A stretch of DNA of 50,062 nt from Methanothermococcus sp. SCGC AD-155-E23 (GTDB lineage: Archaea; AGJL01; Methanococci; Methanococcales; Methanococcaceae), in NCBI GenBank assembly GCA_019561615.1, contig JAHEQA010000017.1, positions 23,849-73,910 of the forward strand, read 5' to 3'. Below the pieces are notes generated by a model. That model was not told the origin of the DNA. It saw only the letters and a program-made list of their open reading frames with translations, and did not search any database. Both the position numbers and the translations under genes were made by a program. Below, in pieces: positions 19,240-31,317 of the stretch. The first letter of the stretch is position 1. Each line of letters begins with the position of its first letter.

Positions 19240-19884
19240 ATGCTCTCAGATATACTAAGGGGTAACATAGAGAGAAAGACGATAACCCAGGTATACGGTC
19301 CCCCAGGTGTAGGTAAGACAAACCTTGGTATAGTCTCCATGGTTAACTTTGTAAGGAGAGGTTACAAGGTGGCCTACATAGATACAGAGGGGGGACTATC
19401 TGTTGAGAGGATTAAACAGATATCTGGAAGGGATTTTGAGAAGGTCCTTAATAACCTTATCATCTATGAACCTGAAACCTTTGAGGAGCAGTCAAGGATC
19501 CTTGAAAAACTCTTCTATATAGAGAGGATTGGCTTAGTGGTTGTAGACGGCATATCCTCCCTCTACAGGTTGGAACTCTCTGACGACGTCCATAGGAATA
19601 CCCTCCTTAACAGGATACTTGGGAAGCAGATACTAACCCTGTTGAAACTTGCCAAAAAAAGGAATATAGCAGTACTGCTAACCAACCAGATTAGTGATAC
19701 CTACAACGGAGTTAAACCTATAGGTGGTATAGTACTGGAGTACTGGAGTAAGACCATCATCAGGATGGATAAAGTGGAGGATATTAGGGAGGCGATTTTG
19801 GAGAAACATAGATACCTTAAGGAGGGGGAGAGGGTTAAATTCAGAATAGTAAATGAGGGGATTGAGATCCTTAAAAACAGGTAA
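19240..19884 (+). CDS. radB: DNA repair and recombination protein RadB
   Basis: GPPGVGKT, YIDTEGG, TNQ and the C-terminal KHR motif; no N-terminal RadA domain. Confidence 0.93.
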   Translation: MLSDILRGNIERKTITQVYGPPGVGKTNLGIVSMVNFVRRGYKVAYIDTEGGLSVERIKQISGRDFEKVLNNLIIYEPETFEEQSRILEKLFYIERIGLVVVDGISSLYRLELSDDVHRNTLLNRILGKQILTLLKLAKKRNIAVLLTNQISDTYNGVKPIGGIVLEYWSKTIIRMDKVEDIREAILEKHRYLKEGERVKFRIVNEGIEILKNR

Positions 19885-19956
19885 AAAACTCTTCTCATCC
19901 TTAACCTTATATATAACTTTATAAATAATTTTCACTACTATCTCCACGGTGGTATT

Positions 19957-20286
19957 ATGAGGGTGCTCCTCTACGTCTTTGTAGAAACTGAAAACATTGG
20001 TAAGGTTATTAACGCCCTATCTGAAGGTGGTATATCAGGTTTTTTCCTTATGGAGTATAAGGGGTTATCTCCTCAGGAGTGGAAGGGTTTTTTAATAGAG
20101 GAAGACCCTGAAAAAGCTATCAAGATAGTTAACGACCTGGCCCGTAATGCAGTAATGGTAGGTACTGTAGTTAGTGAGAGGAGGGCAAAGATAATTAGAA
20201 GATGCATACAGGAGAGACTCTTAAACTCTAGATATACTATAATAGAGGTACCTGTTGAGGATATAGAGGTCAACTTTATAGAGTAG
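19957..20286 (+). CDS. PII-like protein (MJ1244 family)
   Basis: VINALSEGGISGFFLMEYKG parallels the PII alpha1-beta2 segment; about 110 aa. Confidence 0.65.
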   Translation: MRVLLYVFVETENIGKVINALSEGGISGFFLMEYKGLSPQEWKGFLIEEDPEKAIKIVNDLARNAVMVGTVVSERRAKIIRRCIQERLLNSRYTIIEVPVEDIEVNFIE

Positions 20287-20296
20287 CGGGATAGAT

Positions 20297-20689
20297 ATGA
20301 GGTGTAGGAGGAGAAGAGGTCGTCCAAGGATACCAAGGTTCATCTCTGAGATACCCAAGGTTAAGGAATTCATACCTAAGGGCAAATCTATAGAGGAGGG
20401 GGAAGTGGTAACACTTACCTACGAGGAGTTGGAGGCTATAAGGTTGGTGGATTACCTGGGGTTCTCCCAGGAGGAGGGGGCTGAGTTGATGGGGGTGTCC
20501 AGGCGAGTGTTCTGGAATATTCTAAGATCTGCCAGGAGGAAGGTAAGTGACTTCTTAATAAATGGCAAGGTTTTGAGGATAGAGGGAGAGGGTTACAGGT
20601 TGAGGGAGTGTGGGATGTATAAAGTATGTGGCAAAAAGAGATACTGTGCCTTTAAACCAAGGGATCACTGTCGTAGATTTAACCCTTAA
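20297..20689 (+). CDS. DUF134 HTH protein with Cys-rich tail
   Basis: RGRPR, EELEAIRLVD and MGVSRRVFWNILRSARRK. Confidence 0.85.
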   Translation: MRCRRRRGRPRIPRFISEIPKVKEFIPKGKSIEEGEVVTLTYEELEAIRLVDYLGFSQEEGAELMGVSRRVFWNILRSARRKVSDFLINGKVLRIEGEGYRLRECGMYKVCGKKRYCAFKPRDHCRRFNP

Positions 20690-20700
20690 AAGGTGGTAGG

Positions 20701-22308
20701 ATGATACTGTTAGAGGTTAAAAACGTCTCCAAGAGGTTTGGTGATAACCTGGTCTTGAAGAATATAAACTTCACCCTTGAGGAGGGGGAGGTTTTAGGTA
20801 TACTGGGGAGAAGTGGTGCAGGTAAGTCTGTACTCCTCCATATGTTAAGGGGTATGGAGGGGTATGAGCCTACAGAGGGGAAGGTGATATACCACGTAAC
20901 CATGTGTGATAACTGTGGGGAGGTGGAGGTACCTTCCAAGGAAGGTCAGAGATGTGAGAGATGTGGAGAAGGGGTACTACGTAAAACCTCCATAGACCTC
21001 TGGGGGGAGGAGAAGGGTGTATACAATTTAAAGAGAAAGATCGCTATAATGCTCCAGAGGACCTTTGCACTTTACGGGGAGAAGACAGTACTGGAGAATA
21101 TACTTGAGGCCCTGTACTCAGCAGGTTTTGAGGGTAAGGAGGCTGTAGAGATTGCTTTAAAACTTATTAAGATGGTAAAGTTGGAGCATAGGATTACACA
21201 CCTTGCAAGGGATCTCAGTGGAGGGGAGAAGCAGAGGGTAGTACTTGCCAGACAACTTGCAAAGAAACCTATAATATTCCTGGCAGATGAGCCCACTGGA
21301 ACCTTAGATCCTAAAACTGCAAAGTTGGTACATGAGGCTCTGAAGAATGCTGTTATCAAAAAGAATATAAGTATGATAATTACCTCCCACTGGCCAGAGG
21401 TAATTGCCCAACTATCCAACAGGGTAATATGGCTGGAGAAGGGAGAGATTAAGAAGATAGGGGATAGTAAGGAGATTGTAAAGGAGTTCATGTCTTCCTT
21501 AAAGGGGTTCAAGAAGGAGAAGGTAGAGATAAAGGACAAACTTATTATTTTAGAGAATATAGAGAAGAAGTACTGCTCCGTTGACAGGGGGGTAGTATAC
21601 GCTGTAAGAGGAGTATCCCTGGATATATACGAGATGGAGATATTTGGTATAGTGGGGGCCAGTGGATCTGGGAAGACCACCTTGGCTAAGATCATCGGGG
21701 GAGTTATACCTCCATCTAAGGGGAAGTATCTATTTAGGTTAGGGGATGAGTGGATAGATATGACAAAACCTGGACCTATGTACAGGGGTAGGGCTAAGAG
21801 ATATATTGGTATGCTATTCCAGGAGTATGCACTCTATCCCCATAGAACTGTACTCTACAACCTTACAGAGGCTATAGGTTTAGAACTTCCAGCAGAGTTT
21901 GCAAGGATGAAGGCACTGTACACCTTAGTCTCCGTAGGTTTCACCGAGGAGGAGGCTGAGAGGATACTTGATAAGTATCCTGGGGAGCTAAGTGTTGGGG
22001 AGAGACATAGGGTAGCCCTTGCCCAGGTACTAATAAAGGAGCCAAGGGTTGCCATCTTAGATGAACCAACGGGAACTATGGACCCATACACAAGGAATAT
22101 AGTGGCAGAGTCTATTCACAAATCCAGGAAGGAGTTGGAGCAGACCTATGTTATAGTATCCCACGACATGGACTTTGTAATGAACGTATGTGACAGGGCT
22201 GCACTTATGAGGGATGGAAGGATTGTTAAGATAGGAAAACCTGAGGAGATTGTGAAGATACTTACAGAGGAGGAGAAGGAGGACATGATATTGCAGTTAG
22301 AAGAGTAA
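20701..22308 (+). CDS. atwA: methyl-coenzyme M reductase activation component A2 (ABC-type ATPase)
   Basis: Two ABC cassettes (GRSGAGKS, GASGSGKT), a CxxC..CxxC insert and IAIMLQRTFALYG. Confidence 0.95.
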   Translation: MILLEVKNVSKRFGDNLVLKNINFTLEEGEVLGILGRSGAGKSVLLHMLRGMEGYEPTEGKVIYHVTMCDNCGEVEVPSKEGQRCERCGEGVLRKTSIDLWGEEKGVYNLKRKIAIMLQRTFALYGEKTVLENILEALYSAGFEGKEAVEIALKLIKMVKLEHRITHLARDLSGGEKQRVVLARQLAKKPIIFLADEPTGTLDPKTAKLVHEALKNAVIKKNISMIITSHWPEVIAQLSNRVIWLEKGEIKKIGDSKEIVKEFMSSLKGFKKEKVEIKDKLIILENIEKKYCSVDRGVVYAVRGVSLDIYEMEIFGIVGASGSGKTTLAKIIGGVIPPSKGKYLFRLGDEWIDMTKPGPMYRGRAKRYIGMLFQEYALYPHRTVLYNLTEAIGLELPAEFARMKALYTLVSVGFTEEEAERILDKYPGELSVGERHRVALAQVLIKEPRVAILDEPTGTMDPYTRNIVAESIHKSRKELEQTYVIVSHDMDFVMNVCDRAALMRDGRIVKIGKPEEIVKILTEEEKEDMILQLEE

Positions 22309-23544
22309 GAGGGGCTTACTTAGGTGCCTCCTGGCAGAGGGTGGCACCTCGTAGAACCCCTCTGAGATATCCCTCTTTACCTCTATCAGTTTTATACTGT
22401 TGTAATCCACCCTCTTTTTACACCTGTTACATACATATCCACTTTTAACCCCCTTTGACTTCAAGGTACCTCCACAGGAGCACCTCTTATCCTTCACATA
22501 CACCTTGGCCAACTTCACAACCTTTAACTTTTCTATGTTGATACCAAAGGGTTTCTCCCTTACAGTGCCGTACACTCCCACCATATCATCCTTCTTCAAC
22601 TTCCTTACAATATCTCTAAATCTCTTTGTAGGTTCATAGGCTACACAGGAGATCTCCCCAGTGCCGTCACTGACCTTGAAGACTACAGCTCCCCCCCTTA
22701 TACTCTTTGGGTCCTCTGTAACAACCCCGTAAACGATAACACCTGTATTTGGATAGATGTCCTTTATCTTCATAGGTCTTAGATGGGCGTCTGTCCCCTG
22801 GTTGGTTTTAAATATCATATACCTGTCTATCTCCTCTCCACACTTCACCATCTTCATGGCCTTTAAAAGTATATCCTTCCTTACACCTCTGATACCGTAG
22901 AGAACTGGACACTTGGTATGGGGGGCAATTATAGGTTTATCCCCATCTACGTTGTCGAAGGTGTAGGGGAATGTCTTCCTGTCCATCTCTATAACAGATT
23001 TTTCATCTATTATCCTCTCCTTTCCCCAGTTCTCCCTCTTCCTATAGGTTAGAAGTTCGTAGGTATAGGGCCCAGAGGATGCTATACTTCCCAGGGCTCC
23101 TATGACACCGTAACCCTTCTTGTAACATAGGTACTCTCCCCCAACCTTCTCCACCATCTCCTTGGCGTACTGGAGATCCACTATATCGTAAAGTACCTTC
23201 TTGTAGTACTTTCTCAAGATACTTCTGTTTTTCTTATAGTTTTCCTCGGGGAGGAACACTATCCCTGGATGTGTATTTTCATCTTCCAAATCTGAGTACT
23301 CCTCAACGTACTTTATGACAGTCTTCTTTATGTAGTCAATATCACTATCCTTTAAATCTTTCTCCAGCACCCTAAGGGCAATACCTCCATTACCCCTTGT
23401 TTTATACTTAACCATTGGATTCATCCTTATCAACTTTGGGGTGTCCATCTTGTACCTCTTTCCCAACTCCTCCATAAGGAGGGTAGCTAGATAGGTGGTA
23501 CAGTACCTCTCCCTACTGTCAGTATCGTCAATACCTATGAACAT
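22297..23544 (-). CDS. tiaS: tRNA(Ile2) 2-agmatinylcytidine synthetase
   Basis: IGIDDTDS...CTTY, YKTRGNG, TNQGTD and RRHLSKP. Confidence 0.95.
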   Translation of the reverse strand: MFIGIDDTDSRERYCTTYLATLLMEELGKRYKMDTPKLIRMNPMVKYKTRGNGGIALRVLEKDLKDSDIDYIKKTVIKYVEEYSDLEDENTHPGIVFLPEENYKKNRSILRKYYKKVLYDIVDLQYAKEMVEKVGGEYLCYKKGYGVIGALGSIASSGPYTYELLTYRKRENWGKERIIDEKSVIEMDRKTFPYTFDNVDGDKPIIAPHTKCPVLYGIRGVRKDILLKAMKMVKCGEEIDRYMIFKTNQGTDAHLRPMKIKDIYPNTGVIVYGVVTEDPKSIRGGAVVFKVSDGTGEISCVAYEPTKRFRDIVRKLKKDDMVGVYGTVREKPFGINIEKLKVVKLAKVYVKDKRCSCGGTLKSKGVKSGYVCNRCKKRVDYNSIKLIEVKRDISEGFYEVPPSARRHLSKPLLLF

Positions 23545-23599
23545 CCTCCCACCTTATCAGATGAAATAAATAAAAGAAGAGAGTGGAGGACAATTAAAA

Positions 23600-24040
23600 T
23601 TATCTTATTCTAACTGATATGTTCTTACTGACGTAAAAGTCTCCAAAGGATATGGTGACTATATTTGGAGGTAGTGTTTCTTGGAGGTAACGTAAGTTAT
23701 TACTGGTAACACTGACGTAGGTAGTATTTCCATCGTACTCCTTCCTAAAGACCACTGTGGTTTCACTATCTACCACTATCTCCTTGTTGGAGAATCTTAT
23801 AGTATAGCCCCTGTCCCCTATAGGTTCAAAGGTTGTTGAAAGGGTAACCTCTCTTGAGTAGGCTACTAGGGCGTAGTTTTCAAAGATATCCAGTATGGAA
23901 TGCCCCCTCTCTATCATCTCTGCATACTCTATATTCCTAACAGTGTGAAACACGTGATAGGTAAGTACTGCAGAAACTAATAGTATAAAGAACATAGCTA
24001 TTACTACATCGATAGAGATCTGACCTCTTTTAGAAAACAT
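23600..24040 (-). CDS. class III signal peptide (type IV pilin-like) protein
   Basis: MFSKRG|QISID followed by a hydrophobic helix. Confidence 0.75.
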   Translation of the reverse strand: MFSKRGQISIDVVIAMFFILLVSAVLTYHVFHTVRNIEYAEMIERGHSILDIFENYALVAYSREVTLSTTFEPIGDRGYTIRFSNKEIVVDSETTVVFRKEYDGNTTYVSVTSNNLRYLQETLPPNIVTISFGDFYVSKNISVRIR

Positions 24041-24047
24041 ACTATCC

Positions 24048-24881
24048 CTAATTTTTTAGTAACTTGAGATCTATCACTCCCTCCCCTTTAAGTACATCCC
24101 TGTATCTACTAAGTTCCATCCCTATCTCTATCAACCTATACAACTCATTTTTAAGGGGTAACTTTCTAAAGATCTCCCTCCTATTTAACTCCCCAAGATA
24201 TCTAATAATCTCTCTCTCCACAATCAATCTCTCGGGAGGTTCCCTATTCTCCTGGATGTTCCTCTCAATATAGGCAATTTCCCTAGATATATTTAAATTT
24301 GCCACCTCCCTGTACCTCCTAGATAATTCCTCTAAGTTGATACTACTAAAAATATACCTTCCAAATTCCTCCCTCTCCTCCCAGGTGATATACTCCCTCT
24401 CGTCTAACTTACACCTTGTAGAGGTCTCCATCCCCATAAGTCTTATCCTCTCAAGCTGATCTAGATACAACTCCTCACAACACTCTATGGCATGTTTTAT
24501 CATCTCCTCACTACACTTCCCTATCCTTATACCTCTACAGTAATGTTTTATAACAAGTAGGAAATCTCCATTCCACTTTACCCTAAAACTAAAGGGAAAG
24601 AGTTTGCACATTGTAGGTTTATAGGGATATCCCCTTTCTATCTGGATCCTACATAGGTTGTCATGGGTTAACAGGAGGCATCCTCTTTTATCCACCTTTA
24701 ACCTCTTAGAGAAGTAGGATCCCTTAACATCCTCTATGTAATGGGAGTAGTTCTCCCTTAATTTTAGATAGTCAAAGTAGGGGAGGTATATCCTCCAGTA
24801 TTTACAACTACAGCAAAATCCACATCTAATACATCTATAGGTGATGCCCTCAAAGGTGATCTCCCACCTCGTAGAGCTCAC
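24048..24881 (-). CDS. YkgJ-family cysteine-cluster protein
   Basis: CIRCGFCC, C-x7-C, and KPTMCKLFPF. Confidence 0.8.
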   Translation of the reverse strand: MSSTRWEITFEGITYRCIRCGFCCSCKYWRIYLPYFDYLKLRENYSHYIEDVKGSYFSKRLKVDKRGCLLLTHDNLCRIQIERGYPYKPTMCKLFPFSFRVKWNGDFLLVIKHYCRGIRIGKCSEEMIKHAIECCEELYLDQLERIRLMGMETSTRCKLDEREYITWEEREEFGRYIFSSINLEELSRRYREVANLNISREIAYIERNIQENREPPERLIVEREIIRYLGELNRREIFRKLPLKNELYRLIEIGMELSRYRDVLKGEGVIDLKLLKN

Positions 24882-24888
24882 CTTTGAT

Positions 24889-25281
24889 TTAATAATTTAC
24901 AGGTTTAAACTTATAACCGTAGTGGATTATACCATCCTCTCCATCCTCCTTTATCCTCCTAAATACAACCTCCACAGGCATGCCAATATATACCTCCTCA
25001 GGTTTACAGTCTATCTGGGCGGTTATCCTTGGACCTTCCTCTAACTCCACAATGGCTATTACATAGGGTACCATCCTCTCAAACTCCTTAGGTGGCACAT
25101 GTACCACGGAGTAGGTGTATACCTTTCCCCTCCCACTAAGTTTGTACTCCTCCAACTCACCTCTCCTCCTACAGTAGGGACATATATTCCTCGATGGGAA
25201 AAATATTCTACCACAGGTCTTACATCTACTTCCAATGAGACAGTACCTCTCCTTTATATGCCTCCAACTTCTAACTACCAA
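24889..25281 (-). CDS. DUF35 Zn-ribbon/OB-fold protein (thiolase-HMGCS scaffold)
   Basis: CKTCG...CPYC, GKVYTYS and YGYKF; TTG start after GGTGAT. Confidence 0.9.
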   Translation of the reverse strand: MVVRSWRHIKERYCLIGSRCKTCGRIFFPSRNICPYCRRRGELEEYKLSGRGKVYTYSVVHVPPKEFERMVPYVIAIVELEEGPRITAQIDCKPEEVYIGMPVEVVFRRIKEDGEDGIIHYGYKFKPVNY

Positions 25282-25297
25282 GTTATCACCGTTGGTG

Positions 25298-25471
25298 TTA
25301 ACCTCTTATCAACACCATGTTGTTGTTAAGGTCTATCTTTACTATCTCCCCCTGGAACTCCTTACTCTCTCCAAATAGATCTGTGGCAATAATCTTATCC
25401 CCTCTCTTCTCCACAAGCATAACATCTTCCATAACTAACTGGTCGTTTAAGTAGAGGTTGAGGTTACACAT
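25298..25471 (-). CDS. CooT-family small nickel-binding-like protein (57 aa; not in the ORF track)
   Basis: MCNLNLYLNDQLVMEDVMLVEKRGDKIIATDLFGESKEFQGEIVKIDLNNNMVLIRG*. MC start, MEDV and DLFGE motifs, AGGTGAG SD. Confidence 0.85.
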   Translation of the reverse strand: MCNLNLYLNDQLVMEDVMLVEKRGDKIIATDLFGESKEFQGEIVKIDLNNNMVLIRG

Positions 25472-25479
25472 TGTCTCAC

Positions 25480-27718
<2,239 letters not shown>

Positions 27719-27735
27719 TGGATCACCTACCTCTA

Positions 27736-28464
27736 TTAACTAATCTTACTTAGCCTCTCCAACAACTCATCCACTGAAAGTTTTGTGAGGATCAGTGGAA
27801 TACCCTCTACCTCAGCTAACTTCAAGGCCAGTTTATCTAAATAGGAGACCCCCTGGAAGACTACCAACCTAGGCTTTATAGAACTTACCCTTATGGCAAC
27901 CATGGGGCTTCTACCTGTGGATACGTTGGTAAATATAAGGGCCCTCTCAGTTGTCCAGCCAAAGAGGTTTAGAAAATCCTGGTCACTCATCTCTAGAATA
28001 GCCCTTACACTGTCCACAACAGTATGACCAAAGATGTAATTGTTCAACTTTTCCTCCATCTCCTTAAGGTAATTTTGCATCTCTAGGCTGTTGGGGCACC
28101 TGGGAAGTTCCCCCTCTATTATCTCCAGGAACTCTGAGATTCTAATTGGACTGCTGTACTCCTTTATCTGGAGGATGGGATCTAGAGAAGGGGGATTAAG
28201 TATTCTCTGAAGGACCTTTACAGTACCTCCTCCCCTTTTCCTATCTATCTCCACCAGGGCGTCAACGTATCTCTTTATAATGTTTATACCTGGATTCTTC
28301 CTCCTGCCAGCCTCGTAGTCACTTACGACAGAGGGTGATACCCCAAGGTACTTAGCCACCTCTATCTGGGGTATATTGAACATCTCCCTCCACTTCTTCA
28401 ACCCCTTCCCAATATCTTCAGATAGTACAATATCTCCTATAATGTGTCTCTTTACCCTGTCCAT
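27736..28464 (-). CDS. XRE-type HTH transcriptional regulator with DRTGG-like C-terminal domain
   Basis: [27 protein letters not shown] and [19 protein letters not shown]. Confidence 0.85.
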   Translation of the reverse strand: MDRVKRHIIGDIVLSEDIGKGLKKWREMFNIPQIEVAKYLGVSPSVVSDYEAGRRKNPGINIIKRYVDALVEIDRKRGGGTVKVLQRILNPPSLDPILQIKEYSSPIRISEFLEIIEGELPRCPNSLEMQNYLKEMEEKLNNYIFGHTVVDSVRAILEMSDQDFLNLFGWTTERALIFTNVSTGRSPMVAIRVSSIKPRLVVFQGVSYLDKLALKLAEVEGIPLILTKLSVDELLERLSKIS

Positions 28465-28484
28465 GCTTTAAGATTTTAGGGGGA

Positions 28485-28520
28485 TTTATATAAAAGTTTC
28501 GATTTAGAATGAAATTCATT
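28485..28520 (-). promoter_or_regulatory. TATA box and upstream inverted repeat for the regulator/mevalonate operon
   Basis: TTTATATAAA at 28485-28494, about 20 nt from the ATG (leaderless-type spacing). AATGAA-A-TTCATT at 28508-28520. Confidence 0.5.
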
Positions 28521-28534
28521 TAGACATTTGTCGA

Positions 28535-28960
28535 TTAACAGCAGACTACCTCTACAAACTTAGGTTCCTTCTTTACCTTGTCGTACCACATACTTATGCC
28601 AACGGTGATGTCACCCTTTCTACCTATGACGTAGTCACAGACACAGCCCATCTCCTCAAAGGATCTCTTCAACCTCTCGAAGCCAAAGGCATCTGGATAG
28701 ATGCCCCCACCTCCACCTCTCAGTATCCTATCTATCTTCTCCACAAACAACTCTATATCCTCCTGATTATCCACAATCTCAAAACCATTCTCCTTCAACT
28801 TCTCCTCTAAGTACTCCCTGATGGATTTGTACTCCTTAAACCTTTTATCCCTACATATACCCCTTACAATTAGGAGATCGTTACTGTCGTATATAGGTCT
28901 TGACCCCTTAAAGGCCTCGAGAGATTTCATGATCCTTCCAGTAATAGCCCTTATAATCAC
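28535..28960 (-). CDS. methanogen conserved protein (DUF2120-like)
   Basis: AFKGSRP...KEPKFVEVVCC; start overlaps the upstream stop. Confidence 0.65.
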   Translation of the reverse strand: MIIRAITGRIMKSLEAFKGSRPIYDSNDLLIVRGICRDKRFKEYKSIREYLEEKLKENGFEIVDNQEDIELFVEKIDRILRGGGGGIYPDAFGFERLKRSFEEMGCVCDYVIGRKGDITVGISMWYDKVKKEPKFVEVVCC

Positions 28961-29961
28961 TTTTTCACCCCTTTCAATTCCCTCCTTATTAGATAGTAGG
29001 CTAGGAACCCCAGTACTGTAGGTATGATATAGGACACCACCCTATCTAGGAGGGTTCCTGTGGTGGAGATGGAGTGGGGTATTCCAAAGTAGGAGTAAAG
29101 GGTTATTGAAAGGGCGTCAGAGACCCCAAGACTACCTGGTAGTGTAGGTAGGAGACCTACAAGTAGGGAGACTAGGTATGTTAGGGAGAGTACTACTGGG
29201 GAGATGTAGTAACCTATGGAGAGGAAGAGTATGTAATTCTTAAGTATGTCGAGAAACCACCAGAGAAAGGTGAGGACAAAGGGCAACACCATCTTTCTTC
29301 TGTTGTGATGGAGGAAGAGTATATTCTGTTGTAGATCCTCTATAGATTTATGTACCTCCCTCTCGGGAATACTCCTGGAGGATATGGTGGATATTAACTT
29401 GATCAACTTGGAGGCCACCCTATAGGGCAGAGATCTGTGCATTATAAGGTATACACCAGTTACCATCAGGGCACCTATTAGTAACCAGATCACTACAAGC
29501 TCCTCTACAATAGGTATCCCCTTTATGAGAAGGTAGAGGATAACAAAGAAGGAGAGTATTAGAAAGGCGATAGTATCCAAGACCCTCTCAACTATAACAC
29601 TGGAGAAGGATATGGATTTTGGAATACCCTCTAACTTTGATAGATAGTAGGCCCTAAAGGGTTCACTTCCCCCTCTCATGGAGGGTGTTATGTTGTTTAT
29701 AAACTGTCCCATCATAATCAGTAAAAATAGGTTCTTGAGGGATGCCCTGTAGTTACTTATGGAGAGGATGGTATTCCATCTCAAGGTAAGGACAAAACAT
29801 CCTAGGAAGTAAACCAGTACTGCCAGTAAAAACATGTAAGGGTCTGTAGAGAGTAGGAGGGATACAACCTCGGAGATTCCAACGTGCCATACGATGAGAA
29901 AGATAATAGTTAACCCCAAGAGATAGAGAAGGGATGTAAGTATCTTCTTCCTTAACCTCAT
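28957..29961 (-). CDS. UPF0104 / lysylphosphatidylglycerol-synthase TM-type flippase-like membrane protein
   Basis: NNITPSMRGGSEPFRAY, ERVLD, PGSLG and DRVVSY. Confidence 0.85.
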   Translation of the reverse strand: MRLRKKILTSLLYLLGLTIIFLIVWHVGISEVVSLLLSTDPYMFLLAVLVYFLGCFVLTLRWNTILSISNYRASLKNLFLLIMMGQFINNITPSMRGGSEPFRAYYLSKLEGIPKSISFSSVIVERVLDTIAFLILSFFVILYLLIKGIPIVEELVVIWLLIGALMVTGVYLIMHRSLPYRVASKLIKLISTISSRSIPEREVHKSIEDLQQNILFLHHNRRKMVLPFVLTFLWWFLDILKNYILFLSIGYYISPVVLSLTYLVSLLVGLLPTLPGSLGVSDALSITLYSYFGIPHSISTTGTLLDRVVSYIIPTVLGFLAYYLIRRELKGVKK

Positions 29962-29983
29962 CCTATCCCGATTTTATCTAATT

Positions 29984-30030
29984 AAAAAAAAAAGAAGTTA
30001 TTAAACAAGGGTAAAATAAAAAATCAAAAA
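29984..30030 (-). terminator. oligo-T terminator region after the binding-protein gene
   Basis: Several T-runs including T10 on the minus strand. Confidence 0.45.
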
Positions 30031-30035
30031 TAACT

Positions 30036-31297
30036 TTATTTAAGCTTTACATGGTACTTTAAGTTGTTATCTCCATCTGGGAACAACTCAGGGTGTATCA
30101 TCCTGGCGTAATCCTCCATGTAGCCTATAGGGTCCCTTGTCTCCCATACGTAGTAGTCAGGTTTTGATACGTAGAACCTCCCCTCTTTAAAGGCTTTAAA
30201 GTTCTCAAACCCTGAAGTGGGATAGAGTCTCAACAACTCTTCCTTACTTGTGATATTCTTACGTGTCCTGAGTATAACAACATCTGCATCTTTCGCCCTC
30301 TCTATAAAGGTTTCAATATCTATCTTTCTAGACCCTGTCCCAGGTAGATCACTGAATATGTATTTACCATGGAGTTGATTTATTAAAGTTACCCGGAAGT
30401 TCTGGGCCTCTGGAACAGAAGGCGGATGTGTGTCACTCAATTTAAAGACATTTACTACTGTTGGATAATCCTCTGCCTTCCTTACAATCCTTAAGAGGTT
30501 GTTCCTCTGGAACCAGGCCCTCTGGAAGTATTCATTCCCCTCCTTGTATGCCTCCTTGCCCCAGAAGGCTGCAACGAATTTTACCCACTCTATCCTCCCA
30601 AGGAATGTAGGTTCCCTGTAGGTAAAGCACCTTGCCACAGGTATACCTAACTCCTTTAACTTTGCCTCTATCTGGTCATGGGCAGCCATATCTCCCAGGA
30701 ACACCACCTCTGGAGATATTTTCAGTACTACCTCGTAGTTTATACTTTTAACCATTCCCTTACCAATACTTAGTACTTTACCTTGCCTGTAAAGCTCTCT
30801 AAGTTTAGGAGACTTGTATATGGTATATTCAGGTGCTCCCTTTATAGTCTCGTGATACTTGTCCAGGATATCTGCTGTTGAAATGACAGGGGTGTAGTAG
30901 GTAGCCACTATCCTCTTCACTGGTACCTTTATCTCCACAGCCCCTGGGACTTCTGGCGCCTTACCTTTATCTGTAACAAGTACAAACCCTTGGAGTCCTC
31001 CAGATAGCAGTATCCCTCATCCCAATGTGGCTTTAAGGTAAATTTCTCGGCAAATACCACAGGACTTCTAAACCTGTTGTAGTTCCTGAAGAGATACACT
31101 ACATCTGCAATATCTACACTACCGTCACAGTTTAGATCTCCCTCTTCCACTGGCACATCCCTGTTTTTAAAGAGATACACCACATCTGCAATGTCCACAT
31201 CTCCATCTTTGTTTATATCCCCCATCTGAAGTCCAGAGGATAGGGGAAGCAATGCTATTAGGGAGATAAAAATAAAGTAAGTATTTTTCATTAACAT
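30036..31297 (-). pseudogene. secreted dockerin-domain plus class III (Fe-siderophore/cobalamin-type) ABC solute-binding protein, frameshifted near 30986
   Basis: Signal peptide, two GD(I/L)NxDGxVDIADVVYL repeats, then KVPVKRIVA, E.TFLGRIEWVKF and DYARMIHPELF. The two ORFs join through FVLVTDKGKAPEVPGAVEIKVP. Confidence 0.82.
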
Positions 31298-31317
31298 TCA
31301 CCCCCTCTTTTCTTATT

